Of a stretch of 45,854 bases of DNA, positions 1-7,095 are shown piece by piece (position 1 is the first letter of the stretch; each line of letters begins with the position of its first letter). Where the stretch lies: the NCBI GenBank assembly GCA_964478995.1, contig CAYZJY010000005.1:1-45854 (forward strand), read 5' to 3'. The position numbers and the translations under genes are program-made. A model generated the notes under the pieces. The model searched no databases. It saw nothing but the letters and a program-made list of their open reading frames with translations, and had not been told where the DNA came from. Source of the DNA: an uncultured bacterium (GTDB taxonomy: Bacteria > Fidelibacterota > Marinisomatia > Marinisomatales > UBA1611).

Positions 1-2
1 CA

Positions 3-509
3 AAGGCTGAGAAGTCACGTAACGAAATTGATAAGATCATCAAGCAGGGTGGACAGTTCTACCAAGATACTGCTGATACAGAAGGTCGTGGACGTTTCCC
101 TAACCAAACTAAGTTCAACGTAGCTGTTGGTGGTGGAGACTATAATAACCACGGTGGATCTTCAACTGATCTAGCAACTGCCCATGCTGCTTCAGCTGCA
201 CATACTGCTAATATCATGAGAGATCTTGGTTTAGGCGATACAGACGGATGGCAGAATTATAATGATTCCCATTCTAATGACTGGGTATCAGTCTTTGGTG
301 GCGATGTAGACGGTGGCACAATACGATCAGACGCTGGCGAATGGGGCGGTCTTTTCGGTGATGAAGAATTAGGCAGCACATTCCAAGATGGTCACTATGC
401 ATACACAGTAGTAGCAGGTGGCGGAACTGGAAGTGATGTTTACCCTCCAGTACTGTATGTAGTGGACATTGAAAACGCTGTTGATTTCAACAACGTACTT
501 GAGCCGTAG
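3..509 (+). CDS. Atypical pilin-like protein, paralogue 1 (5'-truncated by window edge)
   Basis: The frame of ORF 216..509 is open from nt 3: KAEKSRNEIDKIIKQGGQFYQDTADTEGRGRFP...WVSVFG...FQDGHYAYTVVAGGGTG...LEP*. It shares all conserved blocks with the next two genes. Confidence 0.88.
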   Translation, partial: KAEKSRNEIDKIIKQGGQFYQDTADTEGRGRFPNQTKFNVAVGGGDYNNHGGSSTDLATAHAASAAHTANIMRDLGLGDTDGWQNYNDSHSNDWVSVFGGDVDGGTIRSDAGEWGGLFGDEELGSTFQDGHYAYTVVAGGGTGSDVYPPVLYVVDIENAVDFNNVLEP

Positions 510-559
510 AAAGCTTAAAAGAAATTAGATCACAGGTGGACCTGGTCCATCTAGATTTT

Positions 560-592
560 AAGGCCTCGCCAATCGCGGGGCCTTTTCTTTTT
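560..592 (+). terminator. Intrinsic terminator after pilin-like paralogue 1
   Basis: Stem AAGGCCTCGC (560-569) / GCGGGGCCTT (575-584) with one G:U pair, loop CAATC, followed by TTCTTTTT. Confidence 0.85.
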
Positions 593-608
593 GTATCATA
601 TTGATACA
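592..608. promoter_or_regulatory. Palindromic enhancer-binding-protein site (UAS) candidate, TGT-N11-ACA
   Basis: TGTATCA-TAT-TGATACA has perfect 7-bp arms and lies about 90-105 bp upstream of the sigma54 -24 element. Confidence 0.65.
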
Positions 609-695
609 TCCTCTCCTCTTTGATCGTAACACAATTGTTCTTCAAAAATAGGTTCTCTCTCGATAAAAAAAACATCATTAGATATCTTCATGTAA

Positions 696-711
696 TGGCA
701 TAAATTTTGCT
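696..711 (+). promoter_or_regulatory. sigma54 (RpoN) -24/-12 promoter for paralogue 2
   Basis: TGGCATAAATTTTGCT has GG(697-698)-N10-GC(709-710), matches the TGGCAC-N5-TTGC consensus, and sits about 57 nt before the ATG. Confidence 0.8.
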
Positions 712-767
712 CTATTATTTGTGTATACATTTAGGCTATAAGCAATAACCGGTTAACGCATAGAAGA

Positions 768-1445
768 ATGAAAAAAACCCCCATAAATATTTTAAAAGGT
801 TCCAAGGGTAATTCGCTCATGGAATTTGCTGTTACCATAGGTCTCATGGCCATTCTCGCTGCAACGGCAGCACCAAAACTCTCCCAGATGGGTGAGAATA
901 CCAAGATGCAGAAATCTAGAAACGAGTTGGACAAACTGGCTAGACAGGCTGCAAATTTCTTTCAACAGACCGCGATCACGGAAGGTCGTGGAAGATTTCC
1001 AGGTCAAGACAAATACAATCTTCCTGTGGGAGGCCACTCCAACAATCAAGATATATTGGATGATATCCTAGATGTCTATGACTACAGCGGTAACCTGACC
1101 GATCCAGCGGATTATACATCCTACGAATCCAACCATGGTTATGACTGGGTATCGGTCTTTGGCGTGAGTAATGCTGACTTTCCAAAGCCGGTTGAGTCGG
1201 TCATGCGCTGGGATGATGAGGATGAGACGCTCCCGTGCAATGTCTGCCCACCCAACGAGACCGCCGCCAGGCTCGAATGGGCCAAATTATTTCCAGGGGG
1301 TCCTGTTGGGAGTCCCTTTCAGGATGGGCATTTTGTCTATCAAGTGGTGGCGGGAAGTGGTCACGGTTCCAAAGCGGAATCACCGACCTTGTACATAGCT
1401 GACATTGAAAATCCCAGCCAGATACACGTTATTTTACAGCCATAG
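768..1445 (+). CDS. Atypical pilin-like protein, paralogue 2 (class III signal peptide G|NSLME)
   Basis: Basic leader, KG|NSLMEFAVTIGLMAILAATAAPK (E5, hydrophobic helix, P22), GRGRFP, FQDGHF, C-terminal LQP. Confidence 0.85.
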   Translation: MKKTPINILKGSKGNSLMEFAVTIGLMAILAATAAPKLSQMGENTKMQKSRNELDKLARQAANFFQQTAITEGRGRFPGQDKYNLPVGGHSNNQDILDDILDVYDYSGNLTDPADYTSYESNHGYDWVSVFGVSNADFPKPVESVMRWDDEDETLPCNVCPPNETAARLEWAKLFPGGPVGSPFQDGHFVYQVVAGSGHGSKAESPTLYIADIENPSQIHVILQP

Positions 1446-1451
1446 CATGGG

Positions 1452-1507
1452 TGTAACAGAAAGATACGATGTCACGAAAATGGACAATATTGTAACGGTT
1501 CGAGTCA
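1452..1507. promoter_or_regulatory. Three tandem TGT(A/C)AC-headed 17-bp boxes, candidate UAS
   Basis: TGTAACAGAAAGATACG (1452-1468), TGTCACGAAAATGGACA (1470-1486, TGT-N11-ACA) and TGTAACGGTTCGAGTCA (1491-1507), upstream of the second sigma54 promoter. Confidence 0.5.
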
Positions 1508-1641
1508 AAAGAATTAAGAGAAGAGTTCAGAGGAAAAATTAAATAAGTAGAATAACAGATAGAGGGTTTCTCGAGGAAGAAAACCCTAGAAAAAGAAAAA
1601 AATGATCAATAGAGAAGAAAATATCAAGAAAATAGACGAGA

Positions 1642-1658
1642 TTGGCACAAAAATTGCT
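1642..1658 (+). promoter_or_regulatory. sigma54 (RpoN) -24/-12 promoter for paralogue 3 and the major pilin
   Basis: TTGGCACAAAAATTGCT is a near-perfect consensus with GG(1644-1645)-N10-GC(1656-1657). An IHF-like TATCAAGAAAATA lies at 1622-1634. Confidence 0.88.
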
Positions 1659-1696
1659 AATAATAGATAAATTTAAAAGACATACTGAGGAAAACA

Positions 1697-2419
1697 ATGA
1701 AAACACTAATCAGACATTTTAAAAAGGTTAACGGGCAGTCACTCGCTGAGTTCGCAGTAACAACGGCGATGATGGCTACGTTAGCAACAACGGCCGCACC
1801 AAAATTTTCTGGTGTGGGAGAAGGCGCTAAGGAAAAGAAAACGCTTGCAGATATTGATAAGATCTTAAAATCTGCAAACAACTTCTACAACACGCAGGTG
1901 ACCAAAGCTGGTCGTGGTCGTTTTCCTGGCCAATGGAAATACAATGAAGCGGTACCAACAGATGGCGGATACACATACACCTCTGACCAACAGGAGGCAG
2001 AGTATAATGTGAAACTTGCTGTCCAAGGTGTCATTGGTGAAGACGGAAGTATCACGACACAACCAACCTTTACAGGATTTGATAATACTGCGGACGCTCC
2101 TAAATGGGCCTCTTGCTTTGGAACAAACAATCCAGATGCACTGGTCCCTGAGGTTACACAAGGACAGGCCGCAGCCATCAGTACTGTAGAAGATCCAACT
2201 TCAAACTATTATTCCCAAAATGAGATAACAGAAGGCCGTGGCGCTGAAGAATTCCTTGACGGGTTCGGTGGCGAGGCGATCAAGAGTCCTTTCCAGGATG
2301 GTCACTATATATATACGGTGATCGCTGGAGCAGGTTCTGGTACACAGTCAATAGCTCCGATCATCTTCGTGGCTGACCTTGAATCTCCATCATCTTTCTG
2401 GAAAAAATTACAACCATAA
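1697..2419 (+). CDS. Atypical pilin-like protein, paralogue 3 (class III signal peptide G|QSLAE)
   Basis: SD GAGG; NG|QSLAEFAVTTAMMATLATTAAPKF; GRGRFPGQ; SPFQDGHYIYTVIAGAGSG; C-terminal LQP. Confidence 0.88.
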   Translation: MKTLIRHFKKVNGQSLAEFAVTTAMMATLATTAAPKFSGVGEGAKEKKTLADIDKILKSANNFYNTQVTKAGRGRFPGQWKYNEAVPTDGGYTYTSDQQEAEYNVKLAVQGVIGEDGSITTQPTFTGFDNTADAPKWASCFGTNNPDALVPEVTQGQAAAISTVEDPTSNYYSQNEITEGRGAEEFLDGFGGEAIKSPFQDGHYIYTVIAGAGSGTQSIAPIIFVADLESPSSFWKKLQP

Positions 2420-2486
2420 ACAATAACCAAACCAAATGAGCACACCACAAACCACAAACCAAAGCATAAAAACTAAGGAGTTAAAA

Positions 2487-2927
2487 ATGAAGAACACAAA
2501 CAAAGGATTCACACTAATCGAATTAATCATGGTCACGATCATACTAGGGATCTTGGCAGCAGTAGCGATACCACGCTACATGACCTCTGTTCAAAAGGCA
2601 GAAGAAGCAGCTGAAGACGCAGTAATTAATTCAATCAAGGCGGGTTTAGCAACATACGAAACTGAAAAACTAATGGAAAACGGTCGTCGTAGCTGGCCAA
2701 CTAACCCATGGGATGCATTAGAAACAAAACCAGCGGGTTGGACAAATGACAATGCGAATGCAGCGGATGATGGTCAATGGCGTTTTACTACAAGTACAGC
2801 AAACATCACACACATGCGTGGCGATGGTACTCTAGTTCATTGGGACTACGATAAAGGTACTAACTCAGGTGGTAACTCAGATGTTCCAGGTTCACTAGGT
2901 GCTAGACAAGACGGAGCCGGTGACTAA
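2487..2927 (+). CDS. Type IVa major pilin (MshA/PilA-like)
   Basis: SD AAGGAG before ATG 2487 (better start than 2436). MKNTNKG|FTLIELIMVTIILGILAAVAIPRY is the canonical N-methylation motif. A strong terminator follows. Confidence 0.92.
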   Translation: MKNTNKGFTLIELIMVTIILGILAAVAIPRYMTSVQKAEEAAEDAVINSIKAGLATYETEKLMENGRRSWPTNPWDALETKPAGWTNDNANAADDGQWRFTTSTANITHMRGDGTLVHWDYDKGTNSGGNSDVPGSLGARQDGAGD

Positions 2928-2970
2928 GGATCCAATCTGAATTAATTAGATAAAGATCTAACTAATATAC

Positions 2971-3006
2971 TTAAAAAGGCTCCGGCAATTCCCGGAGCCT
3001 TTTTAA
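2971..3006 (+). terminator. Strong, potentially bidirectional intrinsic terminator
   Basis: Perfect 15-bp inverted repeat TTAAAAAGGCTCCGG-CAATTC-CCGGAGCCTTTTTAA. Confidence 0.92.
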
Positions 3007-3036
3007 ATTCGGAACGAAATTCATAATCAATTAATA

Positions 3037-3531
3037 ATGAAATACACACAAATTAAAAAAGATGGAAGTGCAGCGGGATTCACCATGATGGAACTGGTGG
3101 TCACCATTGCACTCATGGGTATCCTCATGAGTTTTGCGGTTCCTGCATACAATGGTGTTGGAGAGAGAATGCAGGGAGAGCGGAATATTGCCAACATGCA
3201 TACCATCCGGGAACAATTCTTTCACTATTTTTACGAGATGCATCAAACAAGTGGCAGGATTGCACACTTTCCACCTGCGCCTACGAACGAGAATGGTCTG
3301 ATGGATGATGAATGGGCCAGTACTCCCATGGATTCTACTTTATCGCCAAGGGCGCCTAAGCATCTATTCTCGACATTTAAAGTGCCAAGGAATTCCAATA
3401 ATAAACCCTTCAAGTATGAGACCTGGCGGGATACGATCCAGGTCACGGGTGAAGTGATGCGTTACATAAAATTAGAAGACATTGATGAGGATAGTCCGTC
3501 TCACGGAAAATCCTTTACTTACTCTATATAA
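3037..3531 (+). CDS. Type IV minor pilin
   Basis: AAG|FTMMELVVTIALMGILMSFAVP prepilin motif. Confidence 0.88.
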   Translation: MKYTQIKKDGSAAGFTMMELVVTIALMGILMSFAVPAYNGVGERMQGERNIANMHTIREQFFHYFYEMHQTSGRIAHFPPAPTNENGLMDDEWASTPMDSTLSPRAPKHLFSTFKVPRNSNNKPFKYETWRDTIQVTGEVMRYIKLEDIDEDSPSHGKSFTYSI

Positions 3532-3566
3532 AACCGTATTCTTCTGGTCGAAATCACATTTTGACC

Positions 3567-4064
3567 ATGGCTAAGATCAAAAGACATATCACTACCACTA
3601 ATTTTTCAGGATTCTCCATGATGGAATTGATCCTGACGATCGTGATCCTGGGTATTTTTGCGACCGTTGCAATGACCCGGACCAGATCAGGTCTTTCGAC
3701 GATACGAGAACAGATAGCGATCGACCAGATCACCAGCGACATTGATCTAGCGAGATCCATGGCATTTGGCAAACATGAGACCATAACGATCGAATATTCA
3801 CCAGATGATGAGAGCTATGCCATCTACAGTGGAGTGGGCCAAGACAAAGAAGCAATAAGTGATTTTCCCAATAGCGATCAGGGGGTCATCTCCTTGGATA
3901 ATTCGAACATGAGGGATGTGAACCTAGTATCAGCCTCCTTTTTGAACAATTCAGAGGATCTTCAATTCTTGCCTTTTGGTGATCCGGTGTCCGGAGGTCA
4001 GATCAAGGTAAATGAAAGGACCATATACATAGAGCCAGTTACTGGCAAATGGACCGTTGATTGA
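3567..4064 (+). CDS. Minor pilin, MshC/FimT/GspH-like
   Basis: SG|FSMMELILTIVILGIFATVAM; ITSDIDLARSMA; LQFLPFGDP...IYIEPVTG C-terminus typical of FimT/MshC. ATG at 3567 (TTG 3561 is an alternative). Confidence 0.82.
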   Translation: MAKIKRHITTTNFSGFSMMELILTIVILGIFATVAMTRTRSGLSTIREQIAIDQITSDIDLARSMAFGKHETITIEYSPDDESYAIYSGVGQDKEAISDFPNSDQGVISLDNSNMRDVNLVSASFLNNSEDLQFLPFGDPVSGGQIKVNERTIYIEPVTGKWTVD

Positions 4065-4558
4065 TGAAACACATGCATGATAAAAAGATCAATGGTTTCA
4101 CATTCGTAGAGGTCATCATCGTCATGATCATTCTCTCTCTATCTTTCTTGACCTTTCTCCAGGCACTGAATACAGGAAAGACCGTGAGAGCAAGATCAGA
4201 ATTGAGGACCGTGCAAAGTGTCATAATGAATAGCATCCAGAACCAGATACGAGCGCGCAAGTTTGATGAGGGTTCTGGACCGACATGGACCACACCAAAT
4301 AGCCTCGGCAAAGATGGAAATGAGACCAACCTGAGTGACTTCGATGATATTGATGACTTCCATCAATATTCGGAGAATGAGGTAAGTGATCACCCGGGGT
4401 TCGGTATCTCTGTCTCTGTGACCTACGCAGACGTAGGCTCAGGATTCAATGTACCAGACCCTAACCAGCAGACAGATTTCAAAAGAGTGACCGTGACCGT
4501 ATCGCATGAGACAATATCAGACATGACAGACGTCATGATCATTGGGGCAGGGCTGTAA
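4064..4558 (+). CDS. mshD: Minor pilin, MshD-like
   Basis: NG|FTFVEVIIVMIIL; RARKFDE...SLGKDGNETNLSDFDDIDDFH...KRVTVTVS resembles the MshD FDE/LGxD/FxDxDD signature. Confidence 0.75.
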   Translation: MKHMHDKKINGFTFVEVIIVMIILSLSFLTFLQALNTGKTVRARSELRTVQSVIMNSIQNQIRARKFDEGSGPTWTTPNSLGKDGNETNLSDFDDIDDFHQYSENEVSDHPGFGISVSVTYADVGSGFNVPDPNQQTDFKRVTVTVSHETISDMTDVMIIGAGL

Positions 4559-4559
4559 A

Positions 4560-5123
4560 ATGTTATCTCGTTCAAGTAAGGGATTTACCATGGTGGAGAT
4601 CCTTGTTGTGATCATCGCGGTGGGTCTGATCGGTTCCATATCGGTGATCATGCTCTCTCAGGGATCGGAGATATTTGTTAGTGAGACGAATAGGCAGGGA
4701 TTCGTGAGTGAGGCGAGATCTGCTTTCTGGAGGGCCATGAGAGATACCCATGGTCAAGCCTCACCAACTGTATTCACCTCATCTGGTCAGAATTATCTCT
4801 ATCTGGAGAATGGAAAAGGTGAAAAGAAAGAATTTCAAATTGTATCACCTGACCGTTTCAATTATAGGTTCGGTGGCACAGGGGATTATAATCTATTATC
4901 AAATTCTTTGGGATCTTCACAGTCTGGTGGATTCAAATTCTATGATGACAATTTCGATGTCATCTCCCTCTCTTCAAATCCATTGAGTGAGGCACAGGCC
5001 AAAATGGTCCGTCTGTCAAAATTGGAACTGACCTTTGTCAAAGACACGGACGTTCTTTCTCTTTCTTCATTTGTGTTCCCCCAAAATTTCAGATTTGGGC
5101 AAAAAATGAGTTATCATCAATGA
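4560..5123 (+). CDS. Minor pilin, MshO/PilW-like
   Basis: ATG at 4560; KG|FTMVEILVVIIAVGLIG...RQGFVSEARSAFWRAMRD; located after the mshD-like gene. Confidence 0.75.
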   Translation: MLSRSSKGFTMVEILVVIIAVGLIGSISVIMLSQGSEIFVSETNRQGFVSEARSAFWRAMRDTHGQASPTVFTSSGQNYLYLENGKGEKKEFQIVSPDRFNYRFGGTGDYNLLSNSLGSSQSGGFKFYDDNFDVISLSSNPLSEAQAKMVRLSKLELTFVKDTDVLSLSSFVFPQNFRFGQKMSYHQ

Positions 5124-7033
5124 GGATCAAAGGCAGATCCAAGTTAGGCTCAGAGTCGGGGATGATCCTCATGGCCACGACCATGGGGGTTTTCATTTTA
5201 TTGAGCATATTTGCATTCTATCTGGCCCGGTTTTCTGTCACGGAGTCCCGGACCGGTGGCTATCACATGCTAGATATCAAGGCACGGAATCTTGCTCTGA
5301 CCGGAATGGACCACTGGATTCATTCATACGGATCAAATCGAAACATATCCCAGGTCTCTGGCTCATTGAATAATGGAAATTATGCTGTATCAACTGATAC
5401 ATCACATGATGAGGGCGGAGGAGATCTCCCCTATGCCAATTACCTTACCATCAAGAGCATGGCGACCATCGATGATGTTGAAAGAAACATCAGGCTGATC
5501 ATGTCGTCCATGCCAGAGGCATTTTGTTTTTCTTATTACGGGCAGAACCAGGGTGGACAGGTCTTTGCTGAGAATTTGGGCAACATCTCAGGCGACATTT
5601 ATCATAATGGAAACATCAATACGGATGTTGTCTCATCAGGCATAAAATATAATAGTACGGGATCTGGTGGGGTCCAACTCACATCTCCACCGTCATTTCC
5701 TGAATTGGTCTCTACTGCATATGAAGATCTGCTTACCGCTTCCGCTTCTGCTTCCGGCCCCTATGTGAATCGTGCAATAAACTTCAACAATAGTTCAGCA
5801 CGGGTCAATATAGGCAATAGTCATGATATTAATTATGGTACCCATGGACAAAGAACCATTGAGGTCTGGTTCAGGGTATCTGATAAGACTCGTAATCATA
5901 AACAGACCATCTATGAGGAAGGGGGTGGTACAAGAGGCATAAATATCTATATCCATAATAATGGTGTATTGTATGGTGGAGGGTGGAATGTACCTAATGG
6001 AGAAAGTGGTTGGAGTGGTGCCTGGGTAACCTGGAATGGGGTTCAAGATAATACTTGGCATCATGTTGCTGTTACATTGAATGGTGATAACCAGGTGGAT
6101 ACAAATGATGGGGCAGATGCATTTAAAATGTATGTTGATGGAGACCTGAAAGGTCAGAGAGCAGGATCTCAACTATGGCAACATAGTGGGAACATAAAGG
6201 TCGGTAGGAATGGTGGTACAAAGTTCCATGATGGAAACAATGGTGGTGGTGGAGAGCCTTTTTATGGTAAGATCGATGAATTCAGGATATGGAACGTGGA
6301 ACGAACGGCTGCCCAGATCAACGATACAAAGGACAAGACATTGGATCTGAATGATGCTGATGGTCTTGTTCTTTACTATGATTTTCAAGAGAATTCAGGT
6401 ACAACGGCTACTGATCTAAAAGGGCCTACGTATAACCATGGAAGCATTACATATGGAACGTGGACATCGGGCCCCGATCTAGCGGACATGCTAGGAACAT
6501 CCTATGCATCCACTACCATAAATTTATCTGGATACGATGACAATCGACTTCTTGTCAATAGCGACCTTTCATTATCAAACGTGACCGTAAATGGTCCAGG
6601 ATCCATTGTTGTAGATGGGAGTCTAACGATCAACTCAAATTCGTTGATCAAGAAAAATGTCAATCTGATCTGCAACGGGAACCTTACCATTGCCTCTTCA
6701 ACGATCGGTCGTAGCATCAGGAAGCCAGCCATAATGTATTCTAAGGGGACAATATCCATTGATCAATCAACGGTAAATGGACTCATTATTGCAAAGGACG
6801 CAGGGTCCTCTTGTACCTTATCTTCGACCACGGTTAAAGGAGCAATATTGAATCATGGATCCTCGTTCTCTTTGGGGAACAGTTCTAGCGTTGTTGGGTC
6901 TGTCGTCTCGACTCATTCAGTTGACCTTACGGATAATAATTCTTCCATTACAAAGGGCAGTCTTCCCCCTTTTTACGGTCTCAACATAGGTCTAAGGCCG
7001 ATGGTCGTTCCTGGCTCCTTTTTGGAATTCTAA
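5120..7033 (+). CDS. PilX/MshP-like pilin fused to a LamG (ConA-like) domain and a beta-solenoid-like C-terminus; putative tip adhesin
   Basis: SG|MILMA lacks E5 (PilX/GspK-like); KARNLALTG; LamG motifs TIEVWF, WHHVAVT, MYVDG, FYGKIDEFRIWN, LVLYYDFQE; repetitive V/I-x-G strands in the C-terminus. Confidence 0.8.
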   Translation: MRIKGRSKLGSESGMILMATTMGVFILLSIFAFYLARFSVTESRTGGYHMLDIKARNLALTGMDHWIHSYGSNRNISQVSGSLNNGNYAVSTDTSHDEGGGDLPYANYLTIKSMATIDDVERNIRLIMSSMPEAFCFSYYGQNQGGQVFAENLGNISGDIYHNGNINTDVVSSGIKYNSTGSGGVQLTSPPSFPELVSTAYEDLLTASASASGPYVNRAINFNNSSARVNIGNSHDINYGTHGQRTIEVWFRVSDKTRNHKQTIYEEGGGTRGINIYIHNNGVLYGGGWNVPNGESGWSGAWVTWNGVQDNTWHHVAVTLNGDNQVDTNDGADAFKMYVDGDLKGQRAGSQLWQHSGNIKVGRNGGTKFHDGNNGGGGEPFYGKIDEFRIWNVERTAAQINDTKDKTLDLNDADGLVLYYDFQENSGTTATDLKGPTYNHGSITYGTWTSGPDLADMLGTSYASTTINLSGYDDNRLLVNSDLSLSNVTVNGPGSIVVDGSLTINSNSLIKKNVNLICNGNLTIASSTIGRSIRKPAIMYSKGTISIDQSTVNGLIIAKDAGSSCTLSSTTVKGAILNHGSSFSLGNSSSVVGSVVSTHSVDLTDNNSSITKGSLPPFYGLNIGLRPMVVPGSFLEF

Positions 7034-7095
7034 AAAATATTCACATCTATAGAATCTTATAAGTCATATACACCAAATTCAACACCAATAAAACA

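Noticed and set aside
1501-1640. Purine-rich tract with hairpin AGGGTTTCT/AGAAAACCCT (1563-1587) as an ncRNA or terminator
   Set aside because: No U-tract follows on either strand and no known RNA motif is evident. It is more simply a bendable spacer between UAS and promoter.
2222-2242. Second ITEGRG motif inside paralogue 3, echoing ITEGRG of paralogue 2
   Set aside because: Only six residues with different codons, which is too little to claim an internal duplication.
3-2419. Neisseria-type silent pilS cassettes or a diversity-generating retroelement
   Set aside because: The complete copies have starts, leaders and promoters. There is no long near-identical repeat, reverse transcriptase or recombinase in the window.
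2436-2486. Longer N-terminus for the major pilin
   Set aside because: A strong SD precedes ATG 2487, which gives a typical short type IVa leader.
2487-2927. Major pilin as an electrically conductive e-pilin
   Set aside because: Aromatics occur at mature positions 1, 24 and 50, but not at 27, 32 or 57. It is a full-length pilin and no cytochrome genes are nearby.
3010-3024. Third sigma54 promoter before the minor pilins (CGGAACGAAATTCAT)
   Set aside because: It lacks the GC at -12. Read-through of the terminator is the simpler explanation.
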